IMG/VR virus record: IMGVR_UViG_3300037231_000119 | Coordinates: 98,447-162,446 of that record | Length of the DNA: 64,000 nt | From: a virus | Direction: 5' to 3' (one strand) | Shown here: positions 37,891-46,934 of the stretch, one piece after another | Numbering within the stretch: position 1 is the stretch's first letter | Layout: the number at the start of each line of letters is the position of its first letter | Translations under genes and position numbers: made by a program | The notes under the pieces: generated by a model | The model's database searches: none | Seen by the model: the letters and a program-made list of their open reading frames with translations, nothing else | What the model was told of the DNA's origin: nothing

Positions 37891-37949
37891 GCTTCGGTCG
37901 CGCCGAAGACCAAACGTCAGGTGGCGTGACAAGCAGGGAGAGACCTGCA
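37891..37949 (+). ncRNA. Pseudoknot/switch plus hairpin in the leader of the 37967 gene
   Basis: CTTCGG/CCGAAG; GTCGCGCC can pair with GGCGTGAC; hairpin GCAGG-GAGAGA-CCTGC. Confidence 0.45.
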
Positions 37950-37966
37950 CACATAAAAGGATACGA

Positions 37967-38875
37967 ATGTTACAAACTCCAATTGAACGTCCAACGGCCT
38001 CTAGAGACAAAGTCACTACCTCAGAAAATTTTGAGCTTTGTTACTTAAGACATCAATACTTTCGCAGGGTTAAGTATAATCCGACTCCTGAAGAAATGCA
38101 ACCCTTCATGGCCATTGTGGAACATTTGACCAAAAACACTTTCTTTACGTATTTTAATCTATTTAAAAACGTGGGGATGTATCACGACGACGTTCTAAAT
38201 ATTGGTCGTGTCCATCTGGTTTCCTTCCTTGGCCTCTACGCTCTGGACAAAACGGAGACCAAAAAGAGAGAGTTTGAGGTCAAGTTCCACGTCTATAACG
38301 GCCGACATGCCGAAGAAAAGGACATTGAGCAGAAGAACAAAGCTAACTTTACCATGTTCTTTAAACAGCGCATGGAAGACCTAGTTAGAGTTTGCCGTCA
38401 GAAGGTTCGTAACGTCAAAGGCCAGCCATCAGAAGAATTTGCGGTTTTCTGTGGGACAAAGAAACCTCCTAAAAAATACCCCATACTACTCAAACAATTC
38501 CAAGAACTTGGATATAAGAAAGTAGATTTTGCGGTCTTTAAGTCAATCAGGAAGAAGGCCGATGTCAATCACGACGCAACCATTTTCGAATTTGGTGGCC
38601 TGTGGTATGTAGCTATTGCTCTAGAGCAAAAGAACCTCGAGCTGGATGATCTAATTGGTTCAGAGTATAACCCCTACGATAACGCCCATAATGCACAGCC
38701 AGACCAGAATCTAGAAGAAAAAGAGGTACAGATGTTCACCGCTCTTTTTGAGGATAGGTCTAATTACAGAAAAAAGATCCTTTTGAAGAAATTCGTTGCG
38801 GAAAACAAAAATCGGGCGCACTATAAAGAAGAAGTCTCTACTGCCAGAAAACTTTTGAGATCTATTGGAGAGTAG
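37967..38875 (+). CDS. Hypothetical protein, possible second divergent sigma-like factor
   Basis: AAGGA SD before the ATG at 37967. VGMYHDDVLNIGRVHL and NFTMFFKQRMEDLVR resemble sigma region 2.2-2.4. Confidence 0.5.
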   Translation: MLQTPIERPTASRDKVTTSENFELCYLRHQYFRRVKYNPTPEEMQPFMAIVEHLTKNTFFTYFNLFKNVGMYHDDVLNIGRVHLVSFLGLYALDKTETKKREFEVKFHVYNGRHAEEKDIEQKNKANFTMFFKQRMEDLVRVCRQKVRNVKGQPSEEFAVFCGTKKPPKKYPILLKQFQELGYKKVDFAVFKSIRKKADVNHDATIFEFGGLWYVAIALEQKNLELDDLIGSEYNPYDNAHNAQPDQNLEEKEVQMFTALFEDRSNYRKKILLKKFVAENKNRAHYKEEVSTARKLLRSIGE

Positions 38876-38876
38876 C

Positions 38877-39389
38877 TTGAGCGAAGATACCAGAAAACCT
38901 ATTAAGCATATAATAGACGCATGGCATTATGCGAATTCCGAATGTCGTTTAGGAGATGGCGGTACTCCCTATAGAATTATATCTAAGAAGAGTATGCCAG
39001 AAGCTTTGTTAGTTCTGGTTAAAACCTTTCTAGAAAATGGATATAGGGTTGAAGAGTTGGACACTTCTTCAGTATCGATCTTGCTCATAAATAGGTGCTG
39101 GAAAGAGAACATTATTCTTAAAATTTCCAGAAGTGACATTGCTAGAGAGAAAATAAATCTATCCGAACAATGGCACGAATTGCTTCATAGTCCCATGTAT
39201 TCTGGCATAAAGATCGCTAAGTTAGAAGAATCTGAGAGAATGGTTGCGGTGGATCGGCCAGTAAGGATCGTAAAGGAAGAAAGACCGTTAGAGCTGGATC
39301 CGAGCGATCGATTGGTTATGGACACCTCCGATGTTGTCGATAGCGAGTTAGACTTAGACTTCCTTAAGGAATTGGGATCCAATGAGTGA
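38877..39389 (+). CDS. Hypothetical protein
   Basis: ORF in the operon; start uncertain. Confidence 0.55.
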   Translation: MSEDTRKPIKHIIDAWHYANSECRLGDGGTPYRIISKKSMPEALLVLVKTFLENGYRVEELDTSSVSILLINRCWKENIILKISRSDIAREKINLSEQWHELLHSPMYSGIKIAKLEESERMVAVDRPVRIVKEERPLELDPSDRLVMDTSDVVDSELDLDFLKELGSNE

Positions 39390-40545
39390 GGAAATGGACA
39401 AATTGAACGAACAGATCCAGAAAGAAATGGATCTTGATCGTCGCAAAAAAGACGTTTCTGAAAAAGATCTCACCCTTAGAGAGCATAGGGTCAACAGAGA
39501 TCTGGACGAACTTGTTAAGAATAAGTCTGAGATAGAGCAAGCCAAAAGCGTAGAATTTGGCCCCATGACTCCGGAAACCATAGCCCAAATCGTCCGAGAC
39601 AATGACGAGTACATGGAATCGGCTAGATTTGCAATGGAGTTTATTTGTCCCGAATTTAAGAAAATAGTTCCCTACTTTAGGAAAAATTTGATTCTGATTA
39701 TGTCGGATACAGGCGGCGGCAAATCGACTGCGGTCGCAAATGCAGCTTTCAATACGCTAATACATAAGAATCCAGCCACTGGAAAACCAAGCAGGGTACT
39801 AGTGATCTCCAATGAGGAGTGTCCCGAAGACGTGTATAACCGTTTGACATCTTTGAGATTTAAGTGGAAATATACGAACCATAGTCTATTCACGGAAGAA
39901 CAAAGAAGGACCTTTAGCGAATACATACCACGATGGGCTAAAGATGGAAAGCTAACCGTAATAAGCGATGTCTATCAGGGAATTCCTGGTTGGACTACAA
40001 CCATTGAAGGACTTGAGGCTATATTTACCAGCCTATTGAAAGATTATAAAGACGGAAAACCTATTTATGATTCGGTAATCATAGATTACTATCAGAACTT
40101 CAAAAGAAGTAAGTTGGATCCTAAATTAGATGAATATGCCGTGCAGAGAAAAGTGGCAGCGCTTCTAGATCAAATGCGTAAAGTTTATCCTGGACCTATC
40201 GTGCTTATGGCCCAGATGAAGCGCTTAGTGGATGAAGACGATACGACCCCCTTCAACATAAGACTTAAGGGGAGTAAGGAAATCTGCGATAAGGCCTCAT
40301 TCATTTGCGAATTGACTCCGGAAAATAAGCTATTCCGAAGCAGGTGGCAAGTTTGGAAAAGTCGATTCAACGAACGTATTGGTGAAGCTATATACACAGG
40401 GTATAGTTATGGAAAATATGTTAATTATTCCACAGAATTCCAGAAAAGTGTGGCGTCAATGGTAGAAAAAAATCTTGAAAAAGATAAGGAAGATGAGTTA
40501 GGATTAAGTACTGAACCAGAAAAGGAAAAACAAAATGACTCGTGA
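39382..40545 (+). CDS. DnaB-like (SF4) replicative helicase
   Basis: SDTGGGKST, ISNEE, IIDYYQ, VLMAQ and KSRF. Confidence 0.85.
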   Translation: MSEEMDKLNEQIQKEMDLDRRKKDVSEKDLTLREHRVNRDLDELVKNKSEIEQAKSVEFGPMTPETIAQIVRDNDEYMESARFAMEFICPEFKKIVPYFRKNLILIMSDTGGGKSTAVANAAFNTLIHKNPATGKPSRVLVISNEECPEDVYNRLTSLRFKWKYTNHSLFTEEQRRTFSEYIPRWAKDGKLTVISDVYQGIPGWTTTIEGLEAIFTSLLKDYKDGKPIYDSVIIDYYQNFKRSKLDPKLDEYAVQRKVAALLDQMRKVYPGPIVLMAQMKRLVDEDDTTPFNIRLKGSKEICDKASFICELTPENKLFRSRWQVWKSRFNERIGEAIYTGYSYGKYVNYSTEFQKSVASMVEKNLEKDKEDELGLSTEPEKEKQNDS

Positions 40546-40849
40546 AGTTCGTGAAAATTTGAATCGTTTGAGTAAGGAAGTTTTTGGTACGTCATCACGT
40601 TGGGCCAAGATCGTCAATAATGGCGTCGCGGAGCCTATGGAACGTGAACGAGAGGTGACCGTTCCGGATGGTAAGGGCGGAGTTAAGGTTAAGACTTTCA
40701 AGGACAAAAAGAGCGTGGTTAAGCATTATACTCCTGATGAGGTTTGTTCGATGATGCTTGAGATTCTAGTTTCTCGTCAAAAGAAACCTAGTGTTTTGAA
40801 TCCTCCTGTTCTTGAAACTGCTGAGACCACGGTAACTATTACGGAGTAG
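40535..40849 (+). CDS. Hypothetical protein
   Basis: ORF between helicase and primase. Confidence 0.55.
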   Translation: MTREVRENLNRLSKEVFGTSSRWAKIVNNGVAEPMEREREVTVPDGKGGVKVKTFKDKKSVVKHYTPDEVCSMMLEILVSRQKKPSVLNPPVLETAETTVTITE

Positions 40850-40852
40850 TCC

Positions 40853-41722
40853 GTGAATACAAATGGCCAGTCTCTATTAAAGCTACTCTTTAATACTGGA
40901 GAATTATTGTGCCTTTCCGATAGCCAATTCTCTTATCATTCTGTGGATTTAGACACTGCATTAGGAGACAATGTAACCTTAATATCTCCTAATGCTGATG
41001 TACTAGTTAGGCAGGTCTCCACCGACTCGATTATTTTGGTCGCACTAAATCCAATAAGTGGCTTCCGTAATGACAAAAATTGCTATATATTTAGGAATTT
41101 TCTCGTAGAGCTAGACAATTACGAAAGAAACTTACAAATTGGCTATCTTAAAAAGCTAGAAATTCCATATTCTGCCATGGTTTGGAGCGGTTCAAAATCG
41201 ACCCACACCGTTATTTCACTCTCAGAGCCACTCCCTGATGAAAAAACTTACCGATTGATCTATAAATGGATCTTAAATATCGTATCTCTAAGCGATCAAG
41301 CTCTAGGTAATCCCAGCCGTTCTTTCCGCAACGCTGGGGTAATTAGACCAGAAACGGGCCTAGAGCAGGAACTTATTGAACTTAAGACCCGTATCTCCCA
41401 CAAAGAGCTTTTCGCTTGGCTTAACAAATACGAACACCTAAGACCTAAAGCTAAAGAAAAAAAAGTCGTTCCACCAGGCCAAGCAGATTTTTCTAGACTT
41501 TCCCCATGGGCTAGGATAATGTTGATCAAAGGAATAGATTTTAAGGATCGTGGCAGAAATCAGACATATTACGCATTAGCCTTTGATCTAGCTAAGGCTG
41601 GATTTACGGAAGATGTTGGTACAGAGCTTCTTCTAGAGAGATTTGTAGAAGAGCGGGACTTTAAAGAAAAAGAGCTTTTGACAACAATTGCAAGCGCATT
41701 TAAAAAAGTGCAAGAGGGATAA
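40853..41722 (+). CDS. AEP/RepB-type primase with PriCT-like C-terminus
   Basis: FLVELDN, VWSGSKSTH, and GRNQTYYALA..L. Confidence 0.75.
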   Translation: MNTNGQSLLKLLFNTGELLCLSDSQFSYHSVDLDTALGDNVTLISPNADVLVRQVSTDSIILVALNPISGFRNDKNCYIFRNFLVELDNYERNLQIGYLKKLEIPYSAMVWSGSKSTHTVISLSEPLPDEKTYRLIYKWILNIVSLSDQALGNPSRSFRNAGVIRPETGLEQELIELKTRISHKELFAWLNKYEHLRPKAKEKKVVPPGQADFSRLSPWARIMLIKGIDFKDRGRNQTYYALAFDLAKAGFTEDVGTELLLERFVEERDFKEKELLTTIASAFKKVQEG

Positions 41723-41730
41723 AAATTTAA

Positions 41731-42366
41731 ATGTCGGAAAAGTTAGCAGTTAGTTGCTTAGAATGCGATTCTACGAAAGTATATGGGTATGGCTACTGCA
41801 TAAAACATTATGGTAGACACAAAAGAAGTAGCACCCTACCGATTAAAAATAAAAGAATATGTTCTGTAGAAAATTGTACATCGACACACTACGGAAACGG
41901 ACTATGTCACGATCATTGGCAAAATACGGATAGGCAACTTAAGAAAAGAAGCGATTGGAGTGAAAAACACTATAGGAGACGTAGAGTGATAGCTTTAAAA
42001 AGTGCCCAAACTGTAAGGGGGAGATACAACTCCATAAAAAATAATGCAAAAAGGAGAGAGATAGAGTTTAATATTAGTTTTGAATTTTTTGAAAATGTTG
42101 TAAAATCGGTATGTTTTTATTGCGGTGGTTTATCGACTGGCCTAGATAGGGAGAATAACGATTTGGGCTATCTAGAAACCAATATAGTTGGCGCATGTTG
42201 CCCGTTTTGCAATAAATTAAGAAATAATCTATTAACTGTAGAGGAAACCTTACGGATTGTGAAATTATTACAGGAAATAAGAGGGACCCAAGACATATGG
42301 GCCGGTTATCTATATAATCCAGGATCTAAGAGAAGACTGTATAAAAAATTAGGAATTAAGGAATAA
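41731..42366 (+). CDS. HNH homing endonuclease
   Basis: Repeated C..C...G.C..H zinc modules; CFYCG...GLDRENNDLGY...N...CPFCNKLRN. Confidence 0.85.
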   Translation: MSEKLAVSCLECDSTKVYGYGYCIKHYGRHKRSSTLPIKNKRICSVENCTSTHYGNGLCHDHWQNTDRQLKKRSDWSEKHYRRRRVIALKSAQTVRGRYNSIKNNAKRREIEFNISFEFFENVVKSVCFYCGGLSTGLDRENNDLGYLETNIVGACCPFCNKLRNNLLTVEETLRIVKLLQEIRGTQDIWAGYLYNPGSKRRLYKKLGIKE

Positions 42367-42367
42367 T

Positions 42368-43501
42368 ATGGACAATATTGCAAATACTTTTGATGACGTT
42401 CTGATTAAGCCACGATTCTCAAAGATCGCTAGTCGGGCAGATGTGGATCTGAGTTTCAATGGAGACGGCTTTCCCTACATGGAGCTTCCCATTATTAGTG
42501 CGAACATGGACACAATTACGGGCTCCGATATGGCCCATGCGATGATATTTGGCGGTGGTCAGGCATGCTTGCATCGTTTCTCATCCATTGAGGAAAACGT
42601 TCAACAATTCTTGGACGCCAGATTGGTTGCAACTGGGGAATGTAGAATCCCCATGGTTTCGGTTGGATTGGGCAATAAAGAGTTAGACAGAGCAAGAGCC
42701 TTATTTGGCGCAGGCGCTTTCACCTTTATTGTGGATGTAGCTCACGGTGCCAGCATGGGCGTTGTTCAACAGGTAAGGGCGTTGCGAGAGATCTTTAATG
42801 ATCGTATTGCGGTCGTGGTTGGAAATTTTGCAACTGGTGAATCTGTGAAGGATTTTCTTGAGATCTGTCCAGAAGTTGATGGATTCAAGGTCGGTATTGG
42901 TCCGGGTTCGCTATGCACTACTCGCATCAAAACAGGAGTTGGATTTCCCCAGTTGTCGGCCATTATGGAAATCTCGCAAGTACTTAAAAGGACTGGCATT
43001 CCTGTTATTGCGGACGGTGGTATGAAGACTCCGGGAGACTGTGCTAAAGCCTTAGGTGCAGGAGCCAGCATGTTAATGATCGGAAGCATGCTCGCTGGAA
43101 CGGAAGAGAGTCCAGGAGAAACGCAATACCTACACAAGTCCGGTAAGACGTTTAAGCTTGAAGACTTCCCAGTTTCTGTGGACTACAGCTATTTCTCGAA
43201 GGAGCTGCAGCAAGAGTTCCAAAGTAAGATCCCCAAGGTAAAGAAATATCGCGGTTCCGCTTCCCAAGAATCCTACGAAGCTCAAGGAAAGACTGGATCC
43301 CATCGTACAGCAGAAGGTGAATCAACTTTCGTGCCATATAAGGGTGCGGTCAAAGATATTCTCCAAGATATTGAAGGTGGTTTGAGATCCGCCTTCTCTT
43401 ATGTAGGAGCTTGCAATTTGAAAGAATTTCACGATAAGGTTGAATTCGTGAAGGTAAGTAACGCCACTAAGATCGAAAACAGCGCCCATCTCATTAAATA
43501 G
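42368..43501 (+). CDS. IMP dehydrogenase/GMP reductase family enzyme (no CBS domain)
   Basis: TFDDVL.P, SANMDT, VDVAHG, KVGIGPGSLCTTR, IADGG, YRGSAS, AEG and GGLRS. Confidence 0.92.
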   Translation: MDNIANTFDDVLIKPRFSKIASRADVDLSFNGDGFPYMELPIISANMDTITGSDMAHAMIFGGGQACLHRFSSIEENVQQFLDARLVATGECRIPMVSVGLGNKELDRARALFGAGAFTFIVDVAHGASMGVVQQVRALREIFNDRIAVVVGNFATGESVKDFLEICPEVDGFKVGIGPGSLCTTRIKTGVGFPQLSAIMEISQVLKRTGIPVIADGGMKTPGDCAKALGAGASMLMIGSMLAGTEESPGETQYLHKSGKTFKLEDFPVSVDYSYFSKELQQEFQSKIPKVKKYRGSASQESYEAQGKTGSHRTAEGESTFVPYKGAVKDILQDIEGGLRSAFSYVGACNLKEFHDKVEFVKVSNATKIENSAHLIK

Positions 43502-43510
43502 AGGTCTACC

Positions 43511-44026
43511 TTGATAAGAGACGAAGAGATCCAAAGACTAATCAACTACATTAAGGGACTTGGACTCAAGGTAACCTTTAGCTCTAAGAAATCCGATTCT
43601 TCGGCTCTTTGGTATCTTGATTGTAGTGAGATAGTAGTCTGTAAGGGTAACAATAAGGGTAAAATAGATACGGTGCTTAGTCTAGTCCACGAACTTGGTC
43701 ACGCGTTGCACAATATACATGAGAAAAATCGCGAGGTTGACGAAGATTTAGAAGATGCTTTGGACCATGTTGATGAGGCCGAAGAACTTGGGATGGACCC
43801 TAAGAAGAGACAAAGAAAGATCATTCTAAATAACGAAATTAACGGAACTAAGTACTGGGATGCGATCTATAGGGAAGTAAATCTAAAATTTCCACCTTGG
43901 CGCTTAGAAGTCGCTAAGGAGTTTGACGTATACCAATATCAAGTCTTCTACGATACGGGCTACTATCCAACCGCTAAAGAGCGTAAGGAAAAAATGAAAG
44001 AGCTTACCAGAAAGCATAGGACTTAA
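43511..44026 (+). CDS. HExxH metallopeptidase-like protein
   Basis: LVHELGHALH with a downstream Glu. Confidence 0.6.
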   Translation: MIRDEEIQRLINYIKGLGLKVTFSSKKSDSSALWYLDCSEIVVCKGNNKGKIDTVLSLVHELGHALHNIHEKNREVDEDLEDALDHVDEAEELGMDPKKRQRKIILNNEINGTKYWDAIYREVNLKFPPWRLEVAKEFDVYQYQVFYDTGYYPTAKERKEKMKELTRKHRT

Positions 44027-44196
44027 ATGCGTATAACTGTTGATAAGGACGGGACCATTCCTTTGTGGCACTTCGCAGATCTTATCGATACGGACAAGGT
44101 CGTCTACTATAAATTCAAGGCTAGGAAAGATGGCACATTAACCATCAAATTCTATGATAGGAATAAACGTCTTATTAAGCCATACAAGGTGCAAAA

Positions 44197-44463
44197 ATGA
44201 GTCTCTATGACGATATTATGAAAAGTGAGCCCCTATTTAGTTCCAATGAAGAAGCTCTAGCCCACTATACTAAGGAATACGAAGCTTTGGGTCAGAAATA
44301 TGGTCAGACCGGTGACCAACTATATATGAATGCGGTAGAACAAGACTTCGGTAAAGACGATCATCAAATAATAATCAAAGACATGGACAGGCTTCGTTCG
44401 CTTTCCATGAGAATTTCCATGGTGAGATACTTAATCGATAAGGCTAATAGAGATGGAAAGTAG
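44197..44463 (+). CDS. Hypothetical protein
   Basis: ORF in the gene run. Confidence 0.5.
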   Translation: MSLYDDIMKSEPLFSSNEEALAHYTKEYEALGQKYGQTGDQLYMNAVEQDFGKDDHQIIIKDMDRLRSLSMRISMVRYLIDKANRDGK

Positions 44464-44905
44464 TCTCTATTCCAATACTTTGGCTTATTCTGAAGTTCCA
44501 GATCTGAACTGCACGTATCTATCCCATACTAGTGGGACTCCAGTATTTACGGACCCTATGAGCGGCTCTACAATTGGCATTATGATGATTTTGTCTACCT
44601 TTCAATGGCAGGCTCCTTGTACTGGTCCTTGTGCGGACGCTACGAGTCAAGCAGCTAAGGCGGCCTATATTCAGGGAGGACTACAAGGAATACAGGATAA
44701 AGTAGGATCTAAGGCTGAAAATGGGATTAAAGATTCCCTACATTCCGTGGGAGTAACGGATATGGAAATGGGCTTAGTTTTAGGATCCGCCAAGGTTATT
44801 AGAGATAGGCAAATTAGTGTAAATGGGCCAAAGTTAGGGTTTATAAGAACTCACTTGACAATTACGGAAAATAGTGGAACTATAGGTCTAAGGTGGAATT
44901 GGTAA
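44453..44905 (+). CDS. Hypothetical protein
   Basis: ORF in the gene run; ends IGLRWNW. Confidence 0.5.
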   Translation: MESSLYSNTLAYSEVPDLNCTYLSHTSGTPVFTDPMSGSTIGIMMILSTFQWQAPCTGPCADATSQAAKAAYIQGGLQGIQDKVGSKAENGIKDSLHSVGVTDMEMGLVLGSAKVIRDRQISVNGPKLGFIRTHLTITENSGTIGLRWNW

Positions 44906-45061
44906 TATGAAATTTTTGATTAAAATGGCTATTCAACTTCCTGCAGTATTTTTCCTCTATACGGGGATCCTTACATATATCCCTGGAACTATAGCCTCAT
45001 TTGCGACCTTCATGGCCGTATTGTTAGTCTATGATTTGGCAGAAAAGTTTCTGAGTAAGCC

Positions 45062-45457
45062 ATGATTTCCCTACATAGCCAGACTACGACTTGGTTTGAC
45101 GTTGATGATACATTACTCTCATGGAACGCAACAGACGAACAAGTTGAAAAACATGGGATTCTATTCACCTGTCCTGCAGGTAAAAATTTGATAGACGGAG
45201 AAGTTGTCGATTCCCCATCGTGGACTGAGCGTCTGGTTCCTCATAGGAAACATATTGAACAGCTCAAGAAGCACAAATCCAGACACTCCCTAATTATCGT
45301 TTGGTCTGCAGCTGGATCTGATTGGGCGGAAACTGTAGTTAAAACCTTAGGCCTGGAACAATATGTTGATCTCTGCATCAGCAAGCCAACATGGGTCTAC
45401 GATGACCTACCAGTTCAAGAATTTATGCCAAAATCAAAGTGGATGAAGGACGAATAA
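45062..45457 (+). CDS. HAD-superfamily phosphatase
   Basis: FDVDDTL, VWSAAG, KP and YDD motifs. Confidence 0.8.
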   Translation: MISLHSQTTTWFDVDDTLLSWNATDEQVEKHGILFTCPAGKNLIDGEVVDSPSWTERLVPHRKHIEQLKKHKSRHSLIIVWSAAGSDWAETVVKTLGLEQYVDLCISKPTWVYDDLPVQEFMPKSKWMKDE

Positions 45458-45458
45458 T

Positions 45459-45683
45459 ATGCTTGATATTCTTGTAACTTGGACTAAGATTCACGGTAAG
45501 CCCAATGCTTCTATGCAGGAAACTAAGGGATTTGGTTTTCTATCTCGTCTAGAAGTTGGTCGAAGTATGTTCATTAGTGGGGATTACGGAGTAACTACCA
45601 GCACTGTAACGGATGTCGTGGAGCGCCCAGGTCACGTTTTGGTCACTACGAACAACTCCGTTTACCTTGTTGAGGCCGTGTAA
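45459..45683 (+). CDS. Hypothetical protein
   Basis: TTS.V..V......TTNNSVY pattern common in small phage proteins. Confidence 0.55.
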   Translation: MLDILVTWTKIHGKPNASMQETKGFGFLSRLEVGRSMFISGDYGVTTSTVTDVVERPGHVLVTTNNSVYLVEAV

Positions 45684-46660
45684 TGAAGCCAGCGACAGAC
45701 CTTAGCTGGGGAGATCCCGTAACGGTTAGGCAAGCCCTCATTGAAACTCTAGGCAATAAGTTCTCCTTAGCTCCCAGACTCCTAGAAGCCATGTCCTACA
45801 CGCCACACCCCGGATTTCCGCACTTGATTGAACAAATGAAGGATCTTGCAGAGAGGCAATCTGGGCATAGACCAAAGTTTCTATTTGTGACCAATGGAGC
45901 AAGCGGTGCTATAAATTCCGCCCTACAAGCCCTTAAGACTTCCCGCACTGATTGGGTCGTAACCGATAAGAGATACTACCCTTTCATCCCAAAAATGGTC
46001 TATCAGGCCGACATGATCATGATCGATAGGGATAGAAAAGAATTTTTGACCAATAAGGAGAATGGCTGTGGGCAAAACAGCTTTATCTCTTTGACGGCAA
46101 GCCCTTCGAATCCAGAGGGAGAGGTTAGGCCATTTGAAGCCGTTGATATTTACGATGCCGCCTACGCGTCTAGAACCTATAGCTCTGGGGGTCACGTACC
46201 AATTGAATATAAAGTGATGTGCGGATCGCTTTCTAAAACTCTCGGGTTAAGTGGCTTGCGTTTGGGGTTCGTTTCTTGTGATGATCCAGATATCGCAACC
46301 TCTCTAGGTAACTATATTTCAAATACCTATGTTGGCCTATCTTCTGTCTCTCAGGGGATTGCTGAGGAAGTGCTTCACTGTATCGATTTAAACAAGTTTG
46401 AAGACAGAGCTTCAGGATATTTGGATGACAATAGATTTCAGATTCAGAAGATTTTAACCAAATTTGGACAGGGTTCGGCACCCACTCGAGGGATGTTCGC
46501 CTTGGTTAGTCTCGGTAAGGCAGAAAGGGCGGCTTTGGAGAGAGCCAATATAAAGTGGCAATCCGGGGAAACTTTTGGGGCCGATGAAAGCGTTGCTAGG
46601 CTGAGTCTTGGTCAGGATCGTAATGTTGTCAGATTGGCAGTAAGAGAAGCACTTAAATAA
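45683..46660 (+). CDS. PLP-dependent class I/II aminotransferase-fold enzyme
   Basis: VTNGASGAI, SPSNPEG, DAAY, GSLSKTLGLSGLRLG (PLP Lys) and RLS. Confidence 0.88.
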   Translation: MKPATDLSWGDPVTVRQALIETLGNKFSLAPRLLEAMSYTPHPGFPHLIEQMKDLAERQSGHRPKFLFVTNGASGAINSALQALKTSRTDWVVTDKRYYPFIPKMVYQADMIMIDRDRKEFLTNKENGCGQNSFISLTASPSNPEGEVRPFEAVDIYDAAYASRTYSSGGHVPIEYKVMCGSLSKTLGLSGLRLGFVSCDDPDIATSLGNYISNTYVGLSSVSQGIAEEVLHCIDLNKFEDRASGYLDDNRFQIQKILTKFGQGSAPTRGMFALVSLGKAERAALERANIKWQSGETFGADESVARLSLGQDRNVVRLAVREALK

Positions 46661-46934
46661 GAGGATTGATATGATTTTGGTAATATTGGGCTTTGTAGTA
46701 TACGCTGTAAGTATGGTTTATGGAGTGTTGACTTATTCCACAAGCATTATTTGGCCAATAGCAGCCATATTGGGTATTACCGTGTGCCTTGTGAGTGTCG
46801 GAATGCTGGGGCTAACTTGCCTCTAAATCAGATCCCCAAAGCCCTAAATAGCTCAGCCATTACAAACCAGAGACTTAAGAAAGCCGTTCCCAACACTATA
46901 CTTAGTGTGAAAATGGCCTTCTTACAATTCATGT

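Noticed and set aside
37889-37966. N-terminal extension of the 37889-38875 ORF
   Set aside because: It overlaps the structured RNA; the ATG at 37967 has an AAGGA SD.
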